Assembly (NCBI GenBank): GCA_051294905.1
Contig: CM119374.1
Coordinates: forward strand, 17,360,001 to 17,424,000
Origin: Botryllus schlosseri
Taxonomy: Eukaryota
Length of the DNA: 64,000 bases
Direction of reading: 5' to 3'
Shown: positions 12,501 to 24,108 of the stretch, in pieces
Layout: each line of letters opens with the position of its first letter
Numbering within the stretch: the first letter of the stretch is position 1
Made by a program: the position numbers and the translations under genes
The notes under the pieces: model-generated
Seen by the model: only the letters and a program-made list of their open reading frames with translations
Databases searched by the model: none
What the model was told of the DNA's origin: nothing

Positions 12501-15500
12501 AAAAGGCAACGCTGCAAATCCCGAATTCTCGGTCGCAATGAATGAGAAACTGGAGGAAGGCAGTGGTGACGAAGCCAAGTGAGTAAAAGTAGTGTTATCC
12601 ATGCCTTGTATCAAGTATGTGCGACTAAACAAGCCCGGAGTGCTTCAATTCCGACTCGAGCATTCGAGTAGCCCTGATTATGATGTTATCACATTACGGA
12701 TGACATGGAGGGCTCGAATATACCTTTATGCGTATGCAAACAACGTAATGCCAGTTTCGTCACGTCAGAATAAGTTTTTGTCTATATTCGGCAGCACTCC
12801 TTATTTGTCATTTGGCTTTACCTGTGTCGGGATCACTGCAGATTGACGTTCGGCATCATAGTTTGGCATCCTTACCGCCTCCCAGCTATGTTCTCTGGCT
12901 TTAGACTGGTACTGGAATGGATGTTGATTATCGGATTTAGAGCGTCTTAAAGATTGTGATGCCAATGTTCTCTCCACTGAGCTACGACGTAGCATACGAT
13001 AATTCTGTTCTTGACCGCCATTTTCTTGATTTAGATCGGATAGCGAAGATGCGGAGCCCGGAGAGGAACGAAGAGCAATTAATGATAAGGTGATTTCAGT
13101 TTTTTTTTGCGTTTATTGACCGTAATTGAAGGACTGAATTCTGTCGTTGGGCTTTGTCATTGAGATGAAGATCCTGCGATACGCATTACCGCAAGTACAT
13201 TGAAGTGGAGTCATATTTTCGGGTTACCATATTTTGGAAATCTGAAAAGCGGGCACTTTTCAAAATTTTCAAATTTGAGTTGCAAAACCGGAGGAAAATC
13301 CTGTAAAAATGTGGTCAATTTTTCCCACATCGTGGTCGATTGACTAAAAAAAATGTCAACTTTCTTAGTCATCTCCCGAGAAATACACTTTTTCTTTCAC
13401 ATCATCAGGGGGTTGACTCAAAACTAAGGTCAGCTTTCCGAATCAGCTCCCGAAATACCCACCAGAACATTATTTCAATGCTCATTTACGGTATTTCAGT
13501 CGAATTTGACGACAATTCTCAGAAAAGATGGCAAAATCTCAAAAATATGACGTATGGTAACCCTATCGTATTTCTTTCCCTACGCATCACTTGATCCACT
13601 ATCACTAGAGCGATTTTTTTTGACAAATAAAGTGAAAATTTTGTCGAAGTCCAAAGTCAAAAATTTTTTGCAACCTGCATTTCGTTTGTGTCGTAGGTTT
13701 TGCACTGTCGGTGAACTTGTCATTTGACATTTTACAGCTTGTAGCCTACTTTATAGGTTTACCGTTGTAAACATTCAAATGAAACAAATAGGTTGACATG
13801 GTGTTATGCTCAACGTACCGCGATAGCCTAACTGACGCAAGACTGTGTGGGCACTGGGCATTGCATGGTTCTTATATCGAGAAGCGCATGATGAAATATT
13901 GTGATGTAGACACCATTGTCAGAATGAAGCAACACGGTGGTCGGTGTGTCACCTGCAGTGTACGCTATGGTTGTTCAGAATTGACCGACTCAAAAAGTCA
14001 TGGTTTTCAGTCCGATTCCCATGCCTTATCCCTCAAAACCATATTCTAGCTACTTTTTTTCTGTAACTGATCCCTTGCGTCTGCGTGCATGTTGAGCTGG
14101 AAAATCGGCTGGAAATGGGGATTTCCCTAAAATTTGAGTGTCGCGATTTTACCTAGCCTACTAAAATGCCATATATGTGAGGGTTTGAGCGGCTGCTGTG
14201 GTTTGGGGTGATGCAAAACATCACTGTAGGTGTAGATATTTTTCCGAATTCAGCACACCTTTTTCATATTGCGCACTGCCTTGGAAATCCTCAAACTTAC
14301 CTAGTTACCAAGTGAGAGAGAGAGAGAGAGAGAGAGAATTCTTTTATTCGTCAACCATGAAATATAGTGAAGGCAATGTACACAAACAATTCACGTCCAA
14401 TAGTATACATTTTTTCCTACTATATTTTACATGGTATAGACTGGGAGACCCGATATGACCGAAGTCTTCTAGGCCGGAGTCACCCAAGCATATTGACAGT
14501 ATTAATAATATTATGAATCAATTTCTTCTCTCAGTCGAGTAGCACCGGAAAGAGTAACGAAATAAACAAAAGTAAATAAAAGACAGCAACACTAGTGAAG
14601 GACGGTTATCATAGTTAACAGTGTGATCAGACAATTTGACCCATGTACACAGTGGTAATAATATTGTAACATATAAAATGAAACAAAACAACGAACAACA
14701 TCACTGTGGTCATGAGATATGTTCTTCTTAGTACTTGGATAATATAAATATGCAATAGCAAGCTTTAAACGTATTACAGCAAAAAGTTACAGCAAAAAGT
14801 AGAAGCAATATGCTTTTAAAGCGTGGGAAACGGACTGAAAACCATGACTTTTGAAAGTCGGTCAATTCTGAACAACCTTAGTGTACGTACAACTTCAGTG
14901 TTGTCAGCTAAAGACTGCTGCTGTTGAACGTTCGTTCTCCATTCTTGGCAAACTACTTGGTAAGGACAGACACTTTCTGCCCGAGAATGTAGGAAAGTAT
15001 CTTTCGTTGTACTAAAACAAATTTACTAATGGAATTCTTCAGAGGACCAGATTTCATTGAAATGAAGCTTTTTCATGTAAAAATATGTCAGTTTTTGAGT
15101 CAAAAAAGTTTTTTCAGGCCAAACTACTTAATGACAGACAGTTTCAACCAGAAGTTAGAATGGGAAAATACCTAATTTGCATACGTTACGTTTTTTAAGG
15201 TAAAAAAATGTCAAAATATTGATTGTTAGGTAAAAAAATCGCCATACCTATCACATAACACACAAGCACATGCATGGGCGCCAACTTCTATACTTGTACG
15301 AGTTGGCGGAGTCTTGTGACGTCATAATCATTCCATAATCGGTGACGTCACAGTCGCACTAGAATGCACTTTACTACATGCCGCTGAGTGTTAAACCACT
15401 GTTGTGACGTTTCAATACCGGTCCTGCACTCATTATATATAGCCATACAGTCGAGTTATTAAATGGAATCCTAAAACGGTAGCCTACGATCATTCAAAAG

Positions 15501-16990
15501 TGGAACTGCGTTACCAGTCCATGTGACGGCAATGGATTTATTAGAATATAGAAGGTTCACGTCCAAATGCATCCAATAACATTGGAGTTTATGTCACTGA
15601 GAATTTTGTGTTCCATCAATGTAATTGACGCACAATGACGAAATATACTACGCAAGTTCGCAATACGCAACAACTCTGGAATAAGATGTTTCAAGCAGAC
15701 AAGAATGTAGATTACAAACACAGAAGAGTGCAATCAATCAGAGATTGTTTTCCGATTAAAAAAGCAATTTTGGAGGCATTGCTGTACTTTCCGATTTACG
15801 TTCGAAAAGCATTTTTGGAATATGTCAGTGTGTATATGTTTGTATACGAGAAATCGTGCATCTAATCAGTGTCTCGTCTCTTGCGTACAGCACGAACGGG
15901 TTCTGATTGTGGAATCGTATCGAGAAGCTCCGTCTCGCGACAATTGTTTTCTCGTTATATCAATGTTTAAGCTGTTATGCCGTATTGCTACATTTCCCAA
16001 TTAGTGTTGACAAATCCTTGTTGGAGAAACGAATATGCGCAGGAATCAACTCCTATTCACATGCATACACCACAGTGTCCTATATGGCGTGGACACAAGC
16101 AAATCTCACGACTCAGTGAAATTATGTCACACTTTCCATTTCGCTAAAGGCAATTTGACGGTAATTTTTGACCGGCTTGCCGAACGCGAAATTTGTTAAA
16201 ATTGCCTTTAGCCAAATGGAAAGTGTGACTTGGACCAATTCCACTGAGCTGTGAGATTTGCTTGTGTCCACACTGTCCAATTTCGCATTCTGATTAAAAA
16301 GACTGTCATGAAACTTGCTCAAGAATTCTGTTTAACACGCTTATGGATGCAAATCCAATATAATAATACTTTAGTGAACCTAAACGTCTATTTGGTCGCC
16401 AGGACAACTATAAGCTGCAGTCTTACTATGTAGTTCATTTCTTTTTTTTGTTGCTCTGCAATAGCCTAACTTCAAGGACCACGCATTTTCAAAAGTTTGT
16501 CTTGCTAAACATCACATAAATTCAAAACAAAAATGACATATTATTTGGTTCGCGAGCGTTCACGTCCCTTAAAATGACAGGCAAGTATTATACAATTAAA
16601 TTATGTGGGCACCGCATGGGTGTGTGTGGGTACTGCATGTATTTAATGTCAATTGTTTGAAAGAGCATTAAAAACAGTGATGATTCAAACGTATATGGTG
16701 GAGTCGGATTCGAATCATATGTGATTCGATATCTCTTGTCATGCCGTAAAACCCTGGATGCACAGTTATGCACTTCTTGTTTTGCCGTCTAGATTGCCAA
16801 GAACAGGGGACTGAAGCAGAAACGAAGAAAGATCGACCGAAATCCGCGCGTAAAAAATCGAGAGAAGTTCAGGAAAGCCAAAATACGGAGGAAGGGTCAC
16901 GTCCGCGAATACAGACAGGAACTGAAAAAATACTCGGGCGAGGCGTCGGGAATTCGTATCGGCGTCAAAAAGAGCGTTGCGTTACAATGA
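545..16990 (+). CDS. UTP3: Something about silencing protein 10 / U3 snoRNP-associated protein 3 (SSU processome), 12 coding exons, about 454 aa
   Basis: GT-AG exons with consistent phases: 545-567, 673-727, 798-905, 2491-2560, 3494-3568, 7428-7537, 8411-8548, 9201-9416, 10872-11069, 12460-12578, 13035-13089, 16793-16990 (1365 nt in total). Peptides include YFDDEIDKFH, AWGRKKSAFYGTD, KKQSPELDGLVTEFK, YVMNISFYLMLK...HSHPVISRLVQYK (Sas10/Utp3/C1D domain) and C-terminal IAKNRGLKQKRRKIDRNPRVKNREKFRKAKIRRKG...YSGEASGIRIGVKKS (Sas10 C-terminal domain). Confidence 0.93.
1717..2381. mobile_element. Foldback (Mutator-like) non-autonomous element with 9-bp minisatellite arms, in UTP3 intron 3
   Basis: Inverted arms 1717-1978 and 2112-2381 with termini GGGTGTCTTTGATTTGTACATG...CATGTACAAATCAAAGACACCC, built of GTC(A/G)CCAAT units. 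Perfect 9-bp TSD GCTTTATCT at 1708-1716 and 2382-2390. Confidence 0.88.
2961..3225. mobile_element. Small MITE, family copy 1
   Basis: Inverted termini ATATCGTGGCAGTGGTATCGAAGTAGC / GCTACTTTGATACCACTGCGACAATAT; related in sequence to 11691-11940. Confidence 0.6.
3854..5736. mobile_element. hAT (Charlie/Buster-like) non-autonomous element nested in the palindromic element
   Basis: TIR CAGTGGTTCCCAACC...GGTTGGGAACCACTG; perfect TSD CTATAGAT (3846-3853, 5737-5744); GCGGCACAC subterminal motifs at both ends. Confidence 0.9.
3928..4186 (+). mobile_element. tRNA-derived SINE
   Basis: A box TAGTGTAATGG and B box GGTTCGATCCC with no pairing acceptor stem; central segment GGGTCATACCAAAGACTCGAAAAATGGTATCTGCAGC; (CT)n tail at 4172-4186. 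Confidence 0.75.
11691..11940. mobile_element. Small MITE, family copy 2
   Basis: Inverted termini TATATCGTCGCAG...CTGCGACGATATA; internal sequence is inverse-similar to 2961-3225. Confidence 0.6.
13606..15246 (+). mobile_element. hAT-like deletion derivative with transposase C-terminal remnant, carrying a nested insertion
   Basis: TIR TAGAGCGATT / AATCGCCATA; TSD ACTATCAC / CCTATCAC. About 14907-15013 encodes TAAVERSFSILGKLLGKDRHFLPENVGKYLSLY* (ERSFS motif of the hAT C-terminal region). An uninterrupted inverse copy lies at 27217-28084. Confidence 0.75.
13966..14880. mobile_element. hAT-type MITE nested in the previous element, containing a LINE 3' fragment
   Basis: TIR TA(T/A)GGTTGTTCAGAATTGACCGACT; TSD GTGTACGC / GTGTACGT. 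The site is empty in the 27217-28084 copy. The interior has, on the minus strand, AATAAA followed by a (TC)n tail at 14314-14348. Confidence 0.75.
16071..16276. mobile_element. Short, older palindromic member of the CATAGTGTCC family
   Basis: CACAGTGTCCTATATGGCGTGGACACAAGCAAATCTC... folds back on ...GAGATTTGCTTGTGTCCACACTG; homologous to the arms of 50975-51590. Confidence 0.65.
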
Positions 16991-17439
16991 TTCTTGTATG
17001 TAGCAATGTTCATGTGGTTTTTGCATTCGTATAAGTACGATCGCGCGGATTATACTTCATCAAATTTGGCAGCAGTCTACTATTCCAGCGGATAGGTTCA
17101 ATAAGTCGTAAACATCAGTTTCAGTCTTCACTTCGCGATACTGGTGAGGTCTTGTTACGATGGAGTTATGGCACTACGTAAGATGATTAGACTGAAGTAC
17201 GACTTCTGGTGGAAGTCGATCGTGAGGTCAGAAAAAGGCAGCTAGATTTTGATCTATATCTCGGCGATTTAACTGATATGAGCGGTTGCGAGGATTTATC
17301 TACACCCGGGGGATTTCGTCTCGATGAAACTCGCGGGTTATGTATAGTATACTACTTATACGTTCATCAGTAAAGTTTGAGCGACAAACACAAGGAGGCA
17401 TGTGGCGGAAGGTGAGGTTGGATGTATGATAGGGTTACC

Positions 17440-19354
17440 GGTACGTGGACATATTAGCATGCGACACAATAGCAAGCGACACTTGAGCATAGCGACTTTT
17501 GGTCATGGCGACTCGTGGGCATGTAGACATATCAGCACAGGGACATATTAACATGAGGACATATTAGCATGGATACACGTGAGCATAGGGACACATCAAC
17601 ATGGTGACAATTTAATAAGTGCCACTTGAGCATGGTGACACATGAGCATGCGATACATGAGCCTTGACGACACATGCGCATATGGACACATGGGCATGGG
17701 GACATAAAAGCAAATGTGCACATGAGCATGGGGTCATGTACGCATGCGACACTTGAGCATGCGACACGTCTACATGCAGACACTTGAGCATGCGACACGT
17801 GGATATGCAGACACTTGAGCATGCGACACTTGGGCATGCGACATTTGGGCATGCGACACTTGAGCATGCGACACTTGAGCATGTGACACTTGAGCATGCG
17901 ACACTTGAGCATGAGACACTTGAGCATGCGACACTTGAGCATGCGACATTTGAGCATGTGGGCATGCTACACTTGAGCATGCGACACTTGGGCATGCGAC
18001 ACTTGGGCATGCGACACTTGAGCATGCGACACTTGAGCATGCGACACATGCGTGTCTTGAGCGACTTTTGAGCATGCGACACTTGAGCATGTGACCGTAT
18101 AGATTTGTCTGAAAAGCTCCAAATATCACGGTAAAGCGATAAAGGTTGTCATTGCTCCACATATATTGGAATCGTTTACACGTATCAGACGAACTAAAAG
18201 AATATATCCTTTTGTGAGACGAAAGCGATTGCAAATTCGCATTTCGACACGGGACTTGTTATATTATTTTAATTTTACGTGCCGCGGGTGGGTAGGGGGG
18301 ACATTAGGGTTGGAGGTGGGTTAGGGTTATGATTAGGGTTAGGTTAGGGTTAGGATTAGGGTTAGCTTAGGGTTAGGATTAGGGTTAGGTTAAGGTTAGG
18401 TTAGGGTTATGATTAGGGTCCATGTTGGGGTTAAGGTTTCCCAAGATTAGAGTTGGGGGGATGGATATTAGGGTTGGTTAGGGTTAGAGTCAAGGTATCC
18501 CAAGATTAGGGTTGGGGGTGATGAGTATTAGGGTTGGGAGGGGGATATTAGGGTTGGTTAGGGTTAGGGTTAGGGGTAAGGTATCCCAACAGTAGGGTTG
18601 GGGATGATGAGTATTGAGTATTAGGGTTGGGAGGGGGGATATTAGGGTTGGTTAGGGTTAGGGTTAAGGTGTTAAGGTATCCCAAGATTAGGGTTGAGGT
18701 GATGGGTATCAAAGTTGGGAGCGGGGATATTAGGGTTGGAGGAGGAGAGATATATCATTTTCGGACTGGTATAAATCCATGATTTTGACGCTAGTTAACT
18801 ACACACTAAGAAATGACAAATGCACAAGTGTCGCATGCTCAAGTGTCGCATTCTCAAGTGTCGCATTCTCAAGTGTCGCATTCTCAAGTGTCGCATGCTC
18901 AAGTGTCGCATGCTCAAGTGTCGCATGCTCAAGTGTCGCATGCTCAAGTGTCGCATGCTCAAGTGTCGCATGCGCAAGTGTCCCCATGCTCATTTGTCAC
19001 CATGCTAACATGTCACCATGCTCATACATCACCATGCATAAGTGTCAACATGCTGAAGTGTCCCAATGGTTATGTGCCCCCATGCTCACTTGGTACTATG
19101 CCCATGTGTAACCATGTTGATTAGTCCCCATGCTAATGTGTAACCATGCTCAAGTGTCGCATGCTAATATGTTTCCATGCCCATGTGTCCCCTTGCTCAT
19201 GTTTCACCATGCTGATATGTCCCCATGCGCATGTGTCCCCATGCTCATGTGTTCCTATGCTCATGTGTTACCATGCTAATGTGTCCTCATGCTATAGCGT
19301 CGCATGCTAAACTGTCGTTTTTCATTGTGTCGCATGCTCATATGTCGGGCAACC
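17440..19354. mobile_element. Foldback (Mutator-like) element with 15-bp minisatellite arms and a telomere-like core
   Basis: Termini GGTACGTGGACATATTAGCATGCGACACA and reverse-complement GGTTGCCCGACATATGAGCATGCGACACA; perfect 9-bp TSD AGGGTTACC (17431-17439, 19355-19363). The left arm has (CACTTGAGCATGCGA)n and the right arm the inverse (TCGCATGCTCAAGTG)n. Confidence 0.88.
18304..18740 (+). repeat. Interstitial degenerate telomeric-type repeat (TTAGGG/TTAGG) with higher-order units of about 75 bp
   Basis: Many TTAGGG, GTTAGG and ATTAGGG units; recurring block GGATATTAGGGTTGGTTAGGGTTAG...AAGGTATCCCAA; G-rich on the + strand only. Confidence 0.9.
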
Positions 19355-19793
19355 AGGGTTACCATACGTCTTTCTTTTTCATGTTTTTGAAAATGTCCTC
19401 CCTTTTGGGAATTCTTCCTTTACAGCTTTTAGAGCAGAGGTCTCAAACATGCGGCCCGCGACGGCATTTTGGAAATTCAAGTGTTCAATAATATATTCGA
19501 ATGCCCTGTATCTTTTTTAGATATAAGAGCTTAAAGTTCACGCTAAAACTACTATAAAAATCACTGAAATGTCGAAGAAATTCACTATCACATCACTTTT
19601 AAAAGCTACCATGCTGTAAAGATCAGCTATTACGACACATTTCTAGTTCATGATGATATAACTTTACCCGAAGATGTTATTTGGTTTGGTGCGACCTTCT
19701 CGTAAAATTACTCGATTTCGGATGACTGGGTGATTAAATAAAAATGACTCGAGTTGAGTCTGGACAAACGTTAAAATCAGAGATAGACTAGTG

Positions 19794-21068
19794 CAGGGGT
19801 TCTCAACCCGCGGCCCGCGGGCCGCATGCGGCCCGCAGACGCTTTTTCTGTGGCCCGCGAGATCTTTCAATATGATCGCAATTATTACCGGCACAGTTAT
19901 GTTGTATACTGTATCAATTTAGCTACTAAAGCTCTCTTATCGCTCCGTCTCTGTTTCGTTTGATTTACTCTCATTCTTCAATGTTTTCTGGTTTCTTGAT
20001 ATATGGTCGAGTTTAGATTCTCATTGTTCTGAATAGGTCTTCGGACAGTTCCATTTCGAGTTACACATATCACCTGATCTTAGAAAAAAGCGTTGCTAGC
20101 TAGGTCTCAGGCTAAGCAATCCATATTTTGAGGCATTGTTGAGATTGCCGACGACGTTGAAAATGCATGGTTCAAAATTGCTTGGTGTATCGCTAAACCC
20201 ACGGAATCTGTTGGAGAAGGTGTTTCTCCAACAAAACGTTACTATAATGTGCGAATCTCCGCTGTTTCCGGAATTTAGCAGCAAGGGCAACTTCACCTAA
20301 CAAATTTCGAAGATGCCGTTGTCTGATTCAACCGTGACAAGAAGAGTAACAGCAATGTCAGTTAATGTTTCGTCGCATGTTTTGAACGCGTTGCCCCGTA
20401 GACTACTTTAACCTAGCATTGCACAAAATCTACGGACATTGCAACGCTAATTGTATTGAGGTATTCTATCAGAGTGGATATATTTGTAGACGTAATGCTG
20501 GATGGGCAAACGTGGGTAGAGGGGACTAGCAAACAACATCAACTTAATTACAAAGCTGACTTCTGTAACTATTGGTGCAGGGCATCAGCCATGGAAGGAA
20601 AGGAGAATGGTTGATTGGTTTGCTCAGAAATTACCCCGGACATGAGACTTCTTCTCATATCACTGAGAGCCCAAAGTGACAATGGCCTCTGTAAAGAAAA
20701 AGTTACCGTAGTTTTATACTTGCTCGCTCACGCATTGAAACAGAGAGTTCAGTTCTCTTGTGCAAGGGTTTGAAGGTGCACATACCGACTTGGGAACGAA
20801 TGCAATGCGCGCTTCATGAAGGGATTTATTGTTCCTTCGGAAGATGACACAATTTCACTAGAAACAGCAACTGAAAGCTTACGAACGCTGTCCATTATGC
20901 TGTAGAACGCATACAAACTAAATGCCCATACACGACTGGTAAATAGGCTATATTAGCCTAAATATAATAGTATAGTCCACGAATATACAGGTAGTAATGT
21001 TCTGCGGCCCGCAGCGCATTTTGCTGTTAAAATGCGGCCCGTTACGCAAGGAAAGTTGAGAACCCCTG
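19794..21068 (+). mobile_element. Internally deleted hAT Buster/Charlie-type transposon
   Basis: TIR CAGGGGTTCTCAAC...GTTGAGAACCCCTG; perfect TSD GACTAGTG. Degenerate transposase motifs include KMPLSDSTVTRRVTAMS (about 20310-20365) and KLTSVT...AMEGKENG. Confidence 0.85.
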
Positions 21069-22488
21069 GACTAGTGACTCTGAACGGTGACTTGGTAATC
21101 CTACGGACGCAACGATCTATGACACTGTCATAGGGGTAGTATTATATGAAAATGTCGTAGTTTGCGCTGCGCAGGATAGATAGCCTAGCTATCGAATTAG
21201 GCCAATATGGCAACCATTGGTATTCTGTGACCCCCGTGACTTAGAGGTTGGTTACATGCTGGGTGTTGTTTGTTCTCTTTATCCATGTTTTTATCGGTGG
21301 TGAGTAAGGTAATAGTACGCTCTACAGCTGTAAAACCAATGAATTCTTCACCGATTGGACATTTCTATTCCAGGCTATTTTACCCAGGGTCTGTAGACCC
21401 CCATCGGGGTACGAATAAGCACCACATCAGGGTGTACGAGATGCATTGTGGAATCAGGCCTATATGGTGGGGAATATAGTATTCGCGCTACGCGCGATTT
21501 TATGTGAAGAGCTTTCTGATTTTAATGTAAGGTACCATAAGAAACTGTGTTGAAAATGGACAATGCTATTACTATGGCTCAATAATGATTATATTGATAT
21601 GTTCCAATAACAATCGAAGGCAAAACCGAACGTTGATGTAATGTGACTTTGGCAATGATAGTAACAATATAGCCGATACATCACGACTTTATCAAAACCC
21701 GGAGTAGGCTACACCGCTCAAATGCTCTGATATCAGATGAATCTTCAGTAGATTTTAAAATAATCTACATAAAATTGTGGCACGTCAAAGTTCCACTAGC
21801 TGCAATATTATATACCGCCATGCAGTTTGTCAACGTCATGATGCATCTTCTCGCATGATGTCTATAACTCATTATTTTAACAAATTATGCCTGGCACAAA
21901 AACAATTTTATTCAAATATTAGAAATGCGATTTTCTCCCGTATCCAGCGTGAATAGTACAGGGATATCTAGATATCCCTGAAATAGTACAATAGTGCAAT
22001 AGTAAATTACATTTTCACGATGATTCTGGGATGCCTGTCTGCAAGCTCCCGTCAAATAAGGTATAATTGGAAAATTATACATTGCATATCCCTATTATTC
22101 ATGCTTTGGCCCGCGGCGTCATCAAAAACTAGGAGATTAGCCCGCGAGCACATTTGAGTTTGAGACTTCTGTTTTAGAGCGAAAGAATGGGCATAAATGG
22201 TGCTAAATAGGAAATTCGCGAGCCGAACGAAATATGACAACCATTTTTTTTCATGGTCAACCAACCACGAAGTCGGGAAAAATTTACTTTACATTACTTT
22301 ACATTCTGAATTTTAAAATTGTCCCTAATATATGATATATCATATCGTGGTCCGTGATCTCGAGAATTGACTAGTATATATCCAGTAGAGTCCGTTTATT
22401 TTGACGTGCATGCTGTGGACACGCTCGCCAACTGACGGGTTGCCGTCGAAATGCCGTTTCACAGTATTGATTCGGCTATCTGCTAGAA

Positions 22489-23857
22489 CAGTGGTTCCCA
22501 ACCTTTTTCCACCCACGTACCATTTCGAGGTTTTATGCAGTGCTCGCGTACCACCTATACATCCACCATTTATGACGTCATAATCACGTATTTGACCTAT
22601 GCGAGGTGTAATAACAAATTTTATCAAACTAGGCATTATCAGCAAGGTTTGATGATGAGATGCATGGAATTGTTTTTTCACCACCAGTCACCAGAAGAAC
22701 AACAACATAATGAAATAAAAACAAACAACATAAGTTCATTTGTTTAATGCAGGGGTAGCCAACCTTTTTGCTATTAACAGCCGCATTTCGAGTAGTCATG
22801 TAGCCTACGGCCGCATTCCAGGACATAGTTCGTAATGAACAAACTGGATGACAAATACCTATTTTAAACTGTCCATGTCCATTTTCGGTGAGCTCCAGAC
22901 TAACCTGTTTATTCATATCGGCGTACGTACCGAAATTGCGGTGGTCCTGTTATGAATGGATATTTTGGTTTCGTGATGGTCGCGGGAGGCGCGAAAATTT
23001 TTCAGATTCACGAATGAATTTTGTCATTAGTATTCGTAGTTTCACAAATTACTATGAAATATTTATTCTTTCTCAGCCAATGTGATCAGATTCTCCGGTA
23101 AAGTTGATGGACGGTGTGTTTTCGAAAATTTAGGGCATTAGTTATAAATGATTATGTGTCTTCGGGTGGACCAAATGTAATAGTCACTTTGTTGAATACT
23201 GCTATTTCCTGACCTCCCATCAGGATTGGGGATATATTGGAAAGATATTAAAATCGGCCAAACGCACCATAGAAACGAATTTCTTTGAGAAGGACACGAT
23301 TCCAAGTTGGTATTTTTATCTGGGGCGCATCATTTTTAGTTGCTGTTCACATCTGTACTATGGTGCTCAGGATGCAAAGGACGCTACTACATAAATATCG
23401 AAAAAATGAAGTCACGTGGAATCGCGCACAGCGCGAAGAAAATTTCAAAGTTAATCAAAATCTGCTAAAAATTTGGGAGTAAATTCGTAAATTCAATTTT
23501 CATGTCGACGACCGACAACACATACAAATTGAAATACGTGTCCACGGCCGCACAAATTTCCTTCTACTGCCGCAAGTTGGCAACCCCTGGTTTAATGCTA
23601 TGGCTGCATTTGTTTATATGCCACTAGCTGGTCGATGCGTGGCATACGTTTGCTCACATCGCATCGAAAGTCATGCATGAGCGCTACAAGTCGGTTTCGT
23701 TTCTTCGACGTAGGCTACCTTACGACGATGACGGCGGCTTCAGAAAACTCAAAATCCACCCCAACTGAACTAATAACTCCCTTCGATCGAAAAAAAAACA
23801 GAATCGACTCGCGTACCACCTGGAAGACCATCGCGTACCACAGGTTGGGAACCACTG
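22489..23857. mobile_element. hAT MITE with a second hAT MITE nested at 22750-23589
   Basis: Outer TIR CAGTGGTTCCCAACC with TSD TGCTAGAA on both sides; inner TIR CAGGGGT(A/T)GCCAAC with TSD GTTTAATG on both sides. Confidence 0.88.
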
Positions 23858-24072
23858 TGCTAGAAGGATGTGTTTTCATGCTGCGTTGCCGACGAGATGA
23901 TACTTTCAAGTCGCGAAATTAATTTACGTCGAGGTTGGTTTGAAGCAGGACTGTGGAGGAGGATGCTACTGACTCAAACTACTTCACTATGAATTCTATT
24001 GTTTTCAAATATTCACAGTGTAAAAATATCGCTTAGCTTAGTCGATTGACCTATTTCGTAAGCTAATTTGAT

Positions 24073-24108
24073 TATAGATCACTAACCTACGTAGGTTAGT
24101 TATCTATA
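24073..24108. mobile_element. 36-bp palindromic micro-element with 7-bp TSD
   Basis: TATAGATCACTAACCTACGTAGGTTAGTTATCTATA flanked by ATTTGAT at 24066-24072 and 24109-24115. Confidence 0.8.

Noticed and set aside
18304-18740. True telomere or chromosome-fusion site
   Set aside because: Single orientation, degenerate, internal to an element with matching TIRs and a 9-bp TSD; no head-to-head TTAGGG/CCCTAA junction.
17532-19124. Repetitive ORFs (CRMLK, HATLE, SSVAC, SHAQV)
   Set aside because: Translations of the 15-bp minisatellite arms; no splice or homology support.
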